A stretch of 64,000 nt of DNA from an uncultured Woeseiaceae bacterium (lineage in GTDB: Bacteria > Acidobacteriota > Vicinamibacteria > Vicinamibacterales > UBA823). The stretch lies in assembly GCA_964569695.1 (NCBI GenBank), contig CAZMUA010000014.1:11935-75934 (forward strand), read 5' to 3'. Both the position numbers and the translations under genes were made by a program. Under the pieces are notes generated by a model. That model had not been told where the DNA came from. It ran no database searches and was given only the letters and a program-made list of their open reading frames with translations. Shown here in pieces: positions 17,685 to 27,097 of the stretch; the first letter of the stretch is position 1; every line of letters starts with the position of its first letter.

Positions 17685-19439
17685 TTGGATACCGTTGCGA
17701 CACTCGATCACTCACACGCGGGTCACGAGCACAAGGCGAGTTGGTGGCGAACTTACGTGTTTTCCGTTGACCATAAGGTCATTGGGATCCAGTACGCGAT
17801 CACAGCCCTAGTGTTCATGTTATTTGGCTTCATTCTCATGATGATGATGCGCTGGCAGATCGCGTATCCCGGACAGCCCATTCCGTGGGTCGGTCAGTTC
17901 TTAGGCGATGCTAATGCCCCTGGCGGTATCATGCTGCCCGAGTTCTACAACCAGCTCGGCGCAATGCACGGTACGATCATGGTGTTTTTGGGCGTTGTGC
18001 CGTTAGCGGTTGGTGGCTTTGGCAACTATGTTATGCCGCTCCAGATCGGTGCACCCGACATGGCATTCCCACGCCTGAACATGGCAAGTTATTGGAGCTA
18101 TTTTGTGGGCGGCGTAGTGATGTTGTTAAGTTTCTTCGCGCAAGGTGGCGCCGCGAATTCTGGGTGGACCTCGTATGCGCCGCTTTCAATTATCGCAACG
18201 TCGGGCCAAACCTGGTGGCTCTTCGGGATGGTGTTTCTGATTACGTCTTCGCTACTCGGTTCGGTGAACTTTATCGTCACCATTATTCAGTTGCGTGCCC
18301 CCGGGCTGACATTCATGCGCTTGCCATTCTTCGTCTGGACGCAATTGGTCACGGCTTTCCTGTTGCTTCTCGCTTTTCCACCGCTCGAATCCGCGGCCGT
18401 TCTGCAGTTGATGGACCGCCTGGCGGGTACGAGTTTCTTCATGCCAAGCGGTCTGGTCGTAAGTGGTGCAGCGGTTGACGTGTCAGGTGGTGGCAATCCA
18501 CTCCTGTGGCAGCACTTGTTCTGGTTTCTAGCGCATCCAGAGGTGTACGTCTTGATATTGCCTGCACTTGGTATCACTGCGGAGATCGTTGCCAACAACA
18601 CCCGAAAGCCGCTTTGGGGCTATCGTGTAATGGTCTATTCGGTGATCTTCCTTGGCTTCATGTCGTTTCTCGTTTGGGCGCACCACATGTTTTTAACCGG
18701 CATGGGAACCGCGATTAGCGCCTTCTTCCAGACGACCACGATGATTATTTCCATTCCGTCTGTCGTGATTCTCTCAGCGCTGGTTATCTCGCTGTACGGA
18801 GGTTCACTCCGCTTTACAACGCCGATGCTCTTCGCGTTGGCTTTCTTGCCCATGTTTGGTATCGGGGGCTTAACAGGTCTACCGCTTGGCCTTGCGCTGC
18901 CAGATCTCCATCTTCACGACACCTATTACGTCATCGGGCACTTCCATTACGTAGTGGCCCCAGGCACGATCTTTGCGTTGTTCGCCGGTATTTATTACTG
19001 GTTTCCAAAAGCAACCGGCCGCAAGATGAATGACCTGCTTGGGAAGATCCACTTCTGGGGTACGTTCGTCTGCATGAATGGGGTCTTTTTTCCGATGCTG
19101 ATCCAGGGGCTGGCCGGAATGAATCGCCGGATGTACGACGGTGCCGAGATGTACCAACACACGCAGGGCGTTTTGGTTTGGAACGGAACCATTTTAACCT
19201 TTGCGTGGGTAATGGGTCTCTTCCAGCTTTTCTTTATTGTGAATTTTTTCTGGAGTATGAAGAAGGGCGCCAAGGTAACGTCGGACAATCCGTGGAAAGC
19301 TACAACGCTGGAGTGGGCGACACCAACACCGCCACCACACGGCAATTTCGTAACGCCGCCGGAAGTCCATCGTGACCCGTACGAGTACAGCGTACCAGGT
19401 GCGGTACAAGACTTTACACCACAGAACGAACGACGTTAG
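17685..19439 (+). CDS. ctaD: Cytochrome c oxidase subunit I (heme-copper oxidase, A-type)
   Basis: TTG start with AAGGAG 8 nt upstream. Motifs: WFLAHPEVYVLILPALG, WAHHMF, HFHYV. Confidence 0.95.
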   Translation: MDTVATLDHSHAGHEHKASWWRTYVFSVDHKVIGIQYAITALVFMLFGFILMMMMRWQIAYPGQPIPWVGQFLGDANAPGGIMLPEFYNQLGAMHGTIMVFLGVVPLAVGGFGNYVMPLQIGAPDMAFPRLNMASYWSYFVGGVVMLLSFFAQGGAANSGWTSYAPLSIIATSGQTWWLFGMVFLITSSLLGSVNFIVTIIQLRAPGLTFMRLPFFVWTQLVTAFLLLLAFPPLESAAVLQLMDRLAGTSFFMPSGLVVSGAAVDVSGGGNPLLWQHLFWFLAHPEVYVLILPALGITAEIVANNTRKPLWGYRVMVYSVIFLGFMSFLVWAHHMFLTGMGTAISAFFQTTTMIISIPSVVILSALVISLYGGSLRFTTPMLFALAFLPMFGIGGLTGLPLGLALPDLHLHDTYYVIGHFHYVVAPGTIFALFAGIYYWFPKATGRKMNDLLGKIHFWGTFVCMNGVFFPMLIQGLAGMNRRMYDGAEMYQHTQGVLVWNGTILTFAWVMGLFQLFFIVNFFWSMKKGAKVTSDNPWKATTLEWATPTPPPHGNFVTPPEVHRDPYEYSVPGAVQDFTPQNERR

Positions 19440-19457
19440 GAGAGGACGCAGAGAGTT

Positions 19458-20048
19458 ATGGAAATTCCGTATACTGTTGAAAGTAGGGAAGATACGGGCT
19501 TGAATAACGTCAAGCTCGGCATCTGGTTATTCCTTGCGTCCGAAGTGATGCTGTTTGGTGGGCTGTTTTCTTCCTATGTGCTCCTGCGCGTTGGCGCCGA
19601 GACATGGCCGGTTGGTGCTTCGATCTTGTCGGTACCCATCGCCGCGTTCAACACGGTTGTGTTGATTGCGTCGAGTGTGACGATGGTCATGGCTTGGGCG
19701 TCGCTTAAGATGAATGACTTTGGTAAGTTTAGGTTATACCTCGGTTCCACGGTTGGACTGGCAGTGCTCTTTCTGGTCGTGAAAGCGTACGAATACAGCG
19801 ATAAATTTTCGCACGACTTGTATCCGTCCGAGAGTACCTTCTTGGCGATTTATTTTACGGTGACGGGCCTGCACGCCTTGCACATCATAGGTGGCATCAT
19901 TGTGAACGGTTATTTTGTTGGACCAGGCAGCAAGATGTGGAAAACGGCGCCAGAGCAGTTCACAAATCGAATCGAAGCCGCCGGTCTCTATTGGCACTTC
20001 GTAGATCTTGTCTGGATTTTTCTGTTTCCGGTGTTGTATCTACTGTAG
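19458..20048 (+). CDS. ctaE: Cytochrome c oxidase subunit III (short, 5-TM form)
   Basis: GLFSSY..., TGLHALHIIGG, LYWHFVDLVWIFLFPVLYLL. Confidence 0.9.
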   Translation: MEIPYTVESREDTGLNNVKLGIWLFLASEVMLFGGLFSSYVLLRVGAETWPVGASILSVPIAAFNTVVLIASSVTMVMAWASLKMNDFGKFRLYLGSTVGLAVLFLVVKAYEYSDKFSHDLYPSESTFLAIYFTVTGLHALHIIGGIIVNGYFVGPGSKMWKTAPEQFTNRIEAAGLYWHFVDLVWIFLFPVLYLL

Positions 20049-20089
20049 AACTCGAATTGATCTAGCGTTAAGGGTAGGTGGGAGGCAAC

Positions 20090-20392
20090 ATGAGTGGTAC
20101 AAGCGCGGACGAAATAAGAAAACACGTTAAGGTTTATGTCATGGTGTTCGTCGCACTGATGGTGCTAACGGTCGCGACGGTCGGCGTGTCCTATCTAGCC
20201 TTGTCTATTCCTTTAGCAATCCTAGTGGCGTTGATCGTTGCAACGATTAAGGGTTCACTTGTCGCTCGCTATTTCATGCACTTGGTCGGTGAAAAGAAAG
20301 CTGTTACCTGGTCTTTAATGCTCACGGCTGTGTTTTTCTGTTTGTTGATGTTCTTACCGCTCTTTGCGATGCTCGATCATATTGGCCAGTAA
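20090..20392 (+). CDS. Cytochrome c oxidase subunit IV (prokaryotic CoxD-type)
   Basis: 100 aa with 3 TM segments. KHVKVYVMVFVALMVLTVATVGVSY is typical of the family. ATG 20090 is preferred over the track's GTG 20078 because GGGAGG lies just upstream. Confidence 0.7.
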   Translation: MSGTSADEIRKHVKVYVMVFVALMVLTVATVGVSYLALSIPLAILVALIVATIKGSLVARYFMHLVGEKKAVTWSLMLTAVFFCLLMFLPLFAMLDHIGQ

Positions 20393-20415
20393 GTAGGGTT
20401 TGAAAGTTTATTAGC

Positions 20416-20625
20416 ATGTCACTCAAAAGCGTCCACTTATTCTTTATTATTGCGTCAGCCGTTCTGAGCCTGTTGATGGGGGTCTGGGCGGCGAATGCGT
20501 ATCGCTCAGGATTTGAGTCTTTGAATTATCTTGTGACGGCAGTGGTTTCATTACTTGTTGCCGGGCTCCTTTCTCGGTACGCAGTGTTATTCGCTCGCAG
20601 GGCTCGCAGAATCGGTCTTGACTAA
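20416..20625 (+). CDS. Small 2-TM membrane protein, unknown function (oxidase cluster)
   Basis: 69-aa ORF with two clear hydrophobic helices and a basic C-terminus (ARRARRIGLD). It is co-oriented and tightly spaced between subunits IV and II. Confidence 0.45.
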   Translation: MSLKSVHLFFIIASAVLSLLMGVWAANAYRSGFESLNYLVTAVVSLLVAGLLSRYAVLFARRARRIGLD

Positions 20626-20644
20626 GGAGGGACGGGAAACGGTT

Positions 20645-20920
20645 ATGGTTGGTCGTTTGGGTTTTCGGACGATGCTGGCAACTGTTGCGCTGTGCGTACT
20701 CACGGCACCCACAGTTTTGGCGTGTCCGGTTTGTTTTGGAGCGGTCGAGGGACCGATGACTGACGGAATGAATTGGGCCATTTTCTTGTTACTGGGCGTA
20801 CTTTCGACAGTGGCGACCGGCTTTGTGATGTTTTTCGTGCGCTTATTCAAGTTAGCACGGGTGAGTGCGGAGTCAGCAACCGTGGTGCGTGAACGAACGC
20901 AGCACGAAGGGAGTTACTAA
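20645..20920 (+). CDS. Small exported/membrane-anchored CxxC protein, unknown function
   Basis: ATG 20645 has AAGGAGGGA upstream. A signal peptide (MVGRLGFRTMLATVALCVLTAPTVLA) is followed directly by CPVCFG, and there is a C-terminal TM segment (WAIFLLLGVLSTVATGFVMFFV). Its stop TAA (20918-20920) abuts the ATG of subunit II (20921). Confidence 0.5.
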   Translation: MVGRLGFRTMLATVALCVLTAPTVLACPVCFGAVEGPMTDGMNWAIFLLLGVLSTVATGFVMFFVRLFKLARVSAESATVVRERTQHEGSY

Positions 20921-21667
20921 ATGCGGGAATTTCTAGGGCTGCCACCTCAGGCATCGGCACACGCCCCACAAGTTGATCAACTGATTGTGTATCTCCACTG
21001 GCTCATGCTGATCTTGTTCGTTGGGTGGGGCTTGTTTTTTCTTTACACCTTGTGGCGTTTCCGGGCGTCGAAAAACCCAACAGCTGACTACGCCGGTGTG
21101 AAGAGTCACACCTCCAGCTATTTGGAAGTCGGTGTTGCGGTTGTCGAAGCAGTGCTGCTGATTGGTTTTGCCATCCCAGCGTGGGCCACACGCGTCAACG
21201 AGTTTCCGGCTGAAACTGACTCGACCGTCGTGCACGTCGTCGCCAAACAATTCGAGTGGCACATCCATTATCCAGGTCCTGATGGTATGTTCGGCCGTAA
21301 GGATCCAAGCCTGATTACACCGACGAATGCGATCGGCTTAGATCGGTCAGATCCGTACGCAGTCGACGACATTGCGACCATTAATCAACTCAACCTCCCC
21401 GTGGGTAAGCCGACCATCGTGCACTTAACAACGCAGGATGTCATTCACAGCTTTGCTATTTCGACATTCCGTGTTAAGCAGGATGCCATTCCTGGCATGG
21501 AGATCCCAGTGTGGTTCGTACCCACAGTTGCCGGTGATTACGAAATCAATTGCTCACAGCTTTGTGGTCTTGGACATTATCGGATGCGAGGCTTCGTAAA
21601 AATCCAAACGGAAGAGGAATTTGAGGCCTTTCTTGCTGAAGAAGCGGCATTCCAGGGCGCCAACTAG
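20921..21667 (+). CDS. ctaC: Cytochrome c oxidase subunit II (CuA domain, no fused cytochrome c)
   Basis: Two N-terminal TM helices. The CuA ligand set is intact: H(SFAI)...CSQLCGLGHYRM. Confidence 0.9.
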   Translation: MREFLGLPPQASAHAPQVDQLIVYLHWLMLILFVGWGLFFLYTLWRFRASKNPTADYAGVKSHTSSYLEVGVAVVEAVLLIGFAIPAWATRVNEFPAETDSTVVHVVAKQFEWHIHYPGPDGMFGRKDPSLITPTNAIGLDRSDPYAVDDIATINQLNLPVGKPTIVHLTTQDVIHSFAISTFRVKQDAIPGMEIPVWFVPTVAGDYEINCSQLCGLGHYRMRGFVKIQTEEEFEAFLAEEAAFQGAN

Positions 21668-21701
21668 GACACTTCGCAGAAGACTCTGACCCCTCCAGCG
21701 G

Positions 21702-24107
21702 CTACAGATCCAACGATCGTAATCGTAACGCGTTCGTGATGACTGATATGGAACTGAGTGTCATCGCTGCGCTGGCCCATATCGGATCGATGAACCACCC
21801 GGTTAGCGGATACAGCAGACCGGCAGCTACTGGGACTCCAACCCCGTTATAGATAAATGCGAGAAATAAGTTCTGACGAATATTGCGTAGTGTGCTGCGA
21901 CTGAGTTGACGGGCGCGGGCAATACCTCGCAAATCTCCCTTGACAAGCGTGATGTCAGCACTTTCAACGGCAATATCAGCTCCGGTTCCCATCGCAATTC
22001 CCACGGCAGCTTCTGCAAGTGCCGGTGCATCATTGATACCGTCACCAGCCATGGCAACGACCCGTCCTTCGGCCTGTAGATCTGCCACAATCTGTTGTTT
22101 TTCTTCTGGCAAGACGCCTGCCCGAACCTCGTTGAGGCCGAGGGTATCTCCGACTGCGTGCGCGGTTAAAGCGTTGTCACCAGTCGCCATTACAATCCGT
22201 ACACCCTCCGCTTGTAGCATGCTCAACGCTTCGAACGTAGATGGTTTTACGGAATCCGACACACTCAAAAAGCCAGCTAGTCGCTTGTCAACCGCAAGAA
22301 AAATGACAGTCTGTCCTTGGTGACGAAGTTCATTGGCCTCACCCGTAAAGACATCCGTGTGAACTCCATGCCCAATTAAAAACTCTTCTGTGCCCAATAA
22401 TATGTGTCGCTTGTCGACTGTTCCTTCGACACCTCTTCCTGGCACGGTTTGGAAATCCTCAACCTCAGGTAAGGCCATATCCTGTTCGACTGCTCGCGTA
22501 ATAACCGCTAGGGCTAGTGGGTGTTGACTGGACTGCTCAAGAGCTCCCGCCAACCGTAAAAGCTCCGTTTCTGAAACGACGCCATCAATCGTTGAAATAC
22601 TCGAGACCTGTGGACGGCCTTCGGTGAGAGTTCCAGTTTTGTCGATTACGAGAACCTCCACACGGTCCAACATTTCTAGTGCTGCCGCATGTTTGACGAG
22701 TACCCCTGACTTTGCACCACGTCCAGTACCCACCATAATAGCCATCGGGGTTGCTAGTCCGAGTGCGCAGGGGCAGGCGATGATAAGCACGGCTACAGCG
22801 TTTACTAGGGCGAGTGCAAACCGTGGTTCTGGACCCCAGAGACCCCACACAACGAGCGTGACAATTGCGACGAGTACAACACTCGGCACAAACCATTCAG
22901 ACACGCGATCGGCAACACGTTGAATAGGAGCGCGAGTTCGCTGCGCGTTAGCGACCATTTGCACGATGTGCGCCAAAAGGGTCTCTGAGCCAATACGCTC
23001 GGCCCGCATCGTAAAACTTCCCGTCCCATTGATCGTGGCACCAATGACTTGGGTTCCAACGGTTTTTTCAACCGGGATCGCCTCACCCGTTACCATGGAT
23101 TCATCGACCGTGCTGGCACCGTTCACCACGACACCATCGACCGGAATTTTGTCACCAGGTCTGACCCGCAACAAATCGCCGACCTTCACGAGTGCCAACG
23201 GCACATCGGTATCGTGGTCAGGCAGCACAACCCGGGCTGTTTGAGGAGACAGGCTCAGTAATGAGCGGATCGCTGCTCCGGTGCGGTGCCGGGCTCGACT
23301 TTCCAGCACTTGACCTAACAGGACCAACACCGTAATCGCGACTGCAGTTTCAAAATAGGTTGGCACGCCGTGATCGGTCTGGAATCCTTCCGGAAACCAC
23401 TGTGGATTAACAGTTGCTGCGACGCTGTACACAAATGCCGAGCCGACTCCCATGGCAATCAGCGTAAACATATTGGCGCTGGTATTCTTGAGCGAGGCCC
23501 AGGCTCGCTCAAAAAATGGCCACCCAGCCCACAGTACAACTGGAGTAGTAAAGATCAATTGGAGCCAGTTGCTAAGTGGACGACTGACCACTTCCTGCAT
23601 CCGCGCACCAAACACCATGTCGCCCATTGCCAGCAAGAACACGGGGAAGCCGAAGCCCACGCCGATCCAGAATCGACGTGTCATGTCGATCAATTCCGAG
23701 TTAGGCGTTTCCTGTACGTCGATTGCATGTGGTTCCAAGGTCATACCGCATGATGGACAGGCTCCAGGCAGAGCAGTCACAACCTCAAGGTGCATCGGGC
23801 AGACGTACTCAACGGTGGGAGTTGGGAGTGGTGCCACTTCCGGTTCAAGCGCCATGCCACATTTGGGGCAGGGACTTGGTTTGTCTGCCCTGACTTCGGG
23901 ATCCATTGGACAGACGTAGACAGTATCTGGTGATGTTGGGACGGCATTCGCGGACTGCTCGGTGTGTAAGAATTGTTCCGGGTCGGCCTTGAATTTTTCT
24001 AGGCAGTGAGCACAACAAAAGCCGTAGGTTTGGTCAGCATAGATAAATTGGTGGGCTGTTGTATCGAGATCGACCGACATGCCACAAACGGGATCAAGTG
24101 TTTCCAT
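21702..24107 (-). CDS. copA: Copper-translocating P1B-type ATPase with N-terminal YHS/TRASH domain and two CxxxxC..CxxCGM metal-binding modules
   Basis: P-type motifs: [27 protein letters not shown]. The N-terminus reads CGMSVD...[10 protein letters not shown], then YVCPMDPEV...CPKCGM and YVCPMHLEV...CPSCGM. Confidence 0.9.
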   Translation of the reverse strand: METLDPVCGMSVDLDTTAHQFIYADQTYGFCCAHCLEKFKADPEQFLHTEQSANAVPTSPDTVYVCPMDPEVRADKPSPCPKCGMALEPEVAPLPTPTVEYVCPMHLEVVTALPGACPSCGMTLEPHAIDVQETPNSELIDMTRRFWIGVGFGFPVFLLAMGDMVFGARMQEVVSRPLSNWLQLIFTTPVVLWAGWPFFERAWASLKNTSANMFTLIAMGVGSAFVYSVAATVNPQWFPEGFQTDHGVPTYFETAVAITVLVLLGQVLESRARHRTGAAIRSLLSLSPQTARVVLPDHDTDVPLALVKVGDLLRVRPGDKIPVDGVVVNGASTVDESMVTGEAIPVEKTVGTQVIGATINGTGSFTMRAERIGSETLLAHIVQMVANAQRTRAPIQRVADRVSEWFVPSVVLVAIVTLVVWGLWGPEPRFALALVNAVAVLIIACPCALGLATPMAIMVGTGRGAKSGVLVKHAAALEMLDRVEVLVIDKTGTLTEGRPQVSSISTIDGVVSETELLRLAGALEQSSQHPLALAVITRAVEQDMALPEVEDFQTVPGRGVEGTVDKRHILLGTEEFLIGHGVHTDVFTGEANELRHQGQTVIFLAVDKRLAGFLSVSDSVKPSTFEALSMLQAEGVRIVMATGDNALTAHAVGDTLGLNEVRAGVLPEEKQQIVADLQAEGRVVAMAGDGINDAPALAEAAVGIAMGTGADIAVESADITLVKGDLRGIARARQLSRSTLRNIRQNLFLAFIYNGVGVPVAAGLLYPLTGWFIDPIWASAAMTLSSISVITNALRLRSLDL

Positions 24108-24310
24108 AGGATAATGAGAATCCAGCCGACGACTGTAACGGTAATTCCAAATGCACGCTTCTTTCTGTGGTTTAATCCAATTTCAAGATGCTAACACACG
24201 CACAGCAAAGACAGCCTGTTCGCCAACAATTCGGCAGATTGTGCGAGTCATAGGGTCGCCTTTAAAAGGGAACTGGTTTATGTTCGCGATTCTGAGATCA
24301 CACTGAATTT

Positions 24311-25612
24311 ATGAAACAGCACCTGCGACGCCTTTTCGAAGAAACACTCACGCGACTTCCTGTCGAGCGTGTGCTAGCTGAGCAGGTTACATGCGCGAAT
24401 GGTATCTTAACCGTCAGTCATGACACTCTCGATGTGAGTCGCTATCGAAAGTTGATAACAGTTGCGATCGGAAAAGCTGCGATTCCGATGCTGAAAAAAT
24501 TTTCTGATGTTGTGGCACCACATGCCCTGACCGGTATTGTAGCCACTCTTGGGCCAGTGGGGCAGTCACTACCTGGTTTTACCGTCTTCACCGGAGGACA
24601 TCCCTATCCAAATCAGGGGAGCTTTGATGCCGCGGCAGCAGCTATTGATATTGTGGGGAGTGCAACATCGGATGACCTCGTCGTCTTCTTACTGTCAGGT
24701 GGGGGGTCTTCACTTTGCGAGAAGCCAGTTTCGCAGGAGATCACTCTAGAAGATTGTCAGGTGCTATACCGATTACTCGTCACCTGTGGTGCAAGTATCA
24801 GAAACGTCAATACCATCAGAAAACATCTGTCGGCGATTAAAGGAGGTCGGCTTGCAGAGCTGGCATTCCCAGCGCGACAAATGACGCTTTATGTGTCTGA
24901 TGTTCCACCAGATACCCCGTCGAGCGTCGCATCTGGTCCCACAATGCCTGACGATTCCACCGCTAAAAATTGCAAGCAACTTATTCAAGACCTAAACTTG
25001 CGTGATCAACTGCCACCCTCTATCCGTTATTTATTTGATGAGGGTCGACTTCCAGAAACCCCAAAGCCTGGCAAGGCTACGTTCCAAGATAGCAGCTGGC
25101 ACTGCTTACTTTCGTCAGCGGACGCTGTAGCCACCATGGCACATGCTGCAGAGAGACTCGGTTGGATTGTGGAAACGGATCAGGAACTTTCTGATTCATG
25201 GTCTGTCGATCAGTTAATGGACCACATGATCACCAAACTCGAGCACCTTCAGCGCCTGCATGCGGGTCAAGTAGTGGCTGTATTGAGCGGGGGTGAGTAT
25301 TCTTGCCCAGTGACTGGCGATGGCATTGGTGGCCGCAATCAAGCGTTTGTGCTGGAGTGTGTGCCTCGTATTGCTGGTCGGCGCGTTGCGGTCTTGAGTG
25401 CAGGGACTGATGGCCTAGACGGTTCGTCACCGGCAGCTGGTGCAGTAGCTGATGGCGACAGCCTCAATCGGGCACAGCAAATCAGGCTTGATCCGGAAAT
25501 CTACGCAACTCAGTCAGATTCACACAGTTTTTTTGCACAACTCGACGATGTAATCATGACCGGTCCCACGGGTAACAATGTCAGAGACTTAAGGATATTT
25601 GTCGCTTGGTAA
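24311..25612 (+). CDS. MOFRL-family glycerate 2-kinase / hydroxypyruvate reductase (TtuD-like)
   Basis: DUF4147 N-terminal domain plus MOFRL C-terminal domain: GGGSSL, HLSAIKGGRLA, SGGEYSCPVTGDGIGGRNQAF, GTDGLDG, TGPTGNNVRDL. No signal peptide. Confidence 0.8.
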   Translation: MKQHLRRLFEETLTRLPVERVLAEQVTCANGILTVSHDTLDVSRYRKLITVAIGKAAIPMLKKFSDVVAPHALTGIVATLGPVGQSLPGFTVFTGGHPYPNQGSFDAAAAAIDIVGSATSDDLVVFLLSGGGSSLCEKPVSQEITLEDCQVLYRLLVTCGASIRNVNTIRKHLSAIKGGRLAELAFPARQMTLYVSDVPPDTPSSVASGPTMPDDSTAKNCKQLIQDLNLRDQLPPSIRYLFDEGRLPETPKPGKATFQDSSWHCLLSSADAVATMAHAAERLGWIVETDQELSDSWSVDQLMDHMITKLEHLQRLHAGQVVAVLSGGEYSCPVTGDGIGGRNQAFVLECVPRIAGRRVAVLSAGTDGLDGSSPAAGAVADGDSLNRAQQIRLDPEIYATQSDSHSFFAQLDDVIMTGPTGNNVRDLRIFVAW

Positions 25613-25676
25613 TCGAACTTCAACAAGTGACAGACTAGCGCTATGATGTTCATTCCATACTACTAAGGAGGCCGCG

Positions 25677-27008
25677 ATGCCGACACACGAGGACCAACCA
25701 TTGACCAGTACAGTGCCAGACGATCCGAGCCGACGTCAGTTTATTGGTGCAGCAGTAACGGCCGGCTTGGCCAGTGCTTGTGTAAGCCAGGAAACTGCAA
25801 GCGAAAATGCTGTCGAACCTAACCTCGAAGCTCGAACTGCCACGATTGAACTACAGGTCGAGCATGACAATATTTATACTCGCCTTTTGGGAGTGAAGGC
25901 ACACTTGCCTGGTCACGGAAATGGGACTGCCCTTGGTGGTTCGCGCATGCCGGTTGAAGTGATCGAAGCCATGCAAGAGGCGAATGATTATTTTGTGATG
26001 ATGGACGAGCTAACAGTCGCTGCTGGCCAGCGCGCCGCCGAAGTCGTTAAGGCTGAAGCAGCACTGATTACATCGGGCGCATCTGGAGGGCTTTTGCTGG
26101 GTATGGCGGCGTGTCTTACCGGCACTGATGAAGAAAAGATGCGGGCGTTGCCAAATCCAACCTGGGCGAAGCGTGAATGTATTATTCAAAAAGCGCACCG
26201 TTATCCGTATGACTTTGCGTTACAGGCTGCTGGCGCAACCCTAATTGAAGTTGAGGGGCGCTCACAGTTGATGAACGCTATCGGTGACAATACGGCTCTC
26301 ATCTTCGGTTTACCGAGACACGTTGCACTGAGTGGCACGATGGCCGAAGAAGTGTTGCAGCCTGAGGATCTGATTCAGGTCGCTAAGCAGGTCGGTGTTC
26401 CGGTCATGATTGACGGTGCATCCCGGTTACCTCCAGCCGGTAATTTAACAATTTTTAATGAGCTTGGTGCCGACTTGGTGGTTGTTTCGGGTGGCAAGGG
26501 GCTGCGTGGGCCGCAGTCCACCGGCATTCTTTCGGGTCGTCCGGACCTCATAGAAGCGGCACGGCTACAAGCAGCGCCGAACGATCTCATCGGGAGAGGC
26601 ATGAAAATCGGTAAAGAGGAGATTATTGGCCTTATCGTTGCCTTGAATCGGTATGAACAGCTCGACCATGGTGCGGTGCGTGCGACTTGGCGAGAGAAAG
26701 CAGAGTATGTGACGGCCGAGTTGCAAGGGATCGAAAGCTTCACGGCGGAGCTTGTAGATGAAGATTCTAGAGCACCCTATGTCGAGATCGATTGGGATGA
26801 GGATGTAATACCGATGACCCATCGCGAGGTGCGTGACCACTTGCGTCGCCGACCCGAACAGCGGGTGGCGCTTTCAAGTCTCTACGGCAGCCGGCGCATC
26901 CAAACCCGTTGCATGCGCGACGGTGAAGAGGTGCTGGTTGCGCGATGGCTTCGCCAGTTCTTTACGGAGGGGTATAAAACCGTAGCCGCGACCTCTGCGA
27001 GTCTCTAG
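25677..27008 (+). CDS. SelA/DgaE-like PLP-dependent enzyme with twin-arginine leader
   Basis: The N-terminus carries SRRQFIGAAVTAGLASAC. The body resembles the SelA-like fold (pfam SelA region, ...DLVVVSGGKGLRGPQSTGIL, where GGK is the likely PLP lysine). AAGGAGG RBS. Confidence 0.65.
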   Translation: MPTHEDQPLTSTVPDDPSRRQFIGAAVTAGLASACVSQETASENAVEPNLEARTATIELQVEHDNIYTRLLGVKAHLPGHGNGTALGGSRMPVEVIEAMQEANDYFVMMDELTVAAGQRAAEVVKAEAALITSGASGGLLLGMAACLTGTDEEKMRALPNPTWAKRECIIQKAHRYPYDFALQAAGATLIEVEGRSQLMNAIGDNTALIFGLPRHVALSGTMAEEVLQPEDLIQVAKQVGVPVMIDGASRLPPAGNLTIFNELGADLVVVSGGKGLRGPQSTGILSGRPDLIEAARLQAAPNDLIGRGMKIGKEEIIGLIVALNRYEQLDHGAVRATWREKAEYVTAELQGIESFTAELVDEDSRAPYVEIDWDEDVIPMTHREVRDHLRRRPEQRVALSSLYGSRRIQTRCMRDGEEVLVARWLRQFFTEGYKTVAATSASL

Positions 27009-27097
27009 TCGACCAGTTTCAGTATTGGGACCACCTGCTAGAAGGAGACTAGGTTGAACGCCTCGTGGTGCAGTTAACAATAAGGGAGATGCTGATT

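Noticed and set aside
22624-23919. Several plus-strand ORFs of 90-155 aa inside the copA region
   Set aside because: They are antisense to a P-type ATPase with all canonical motifs. These are shadow ORFs.
25677-27008. Possibility that the SelA-like gene marks a selenocysteine system
   Set aside because: It carries a Tat leader. No selB, selD or tRNA-Sec is present, and no in-frame TGA-interrupted gene is visible in the window. It fits the broader SelA/DgaE-like PLP family instead.
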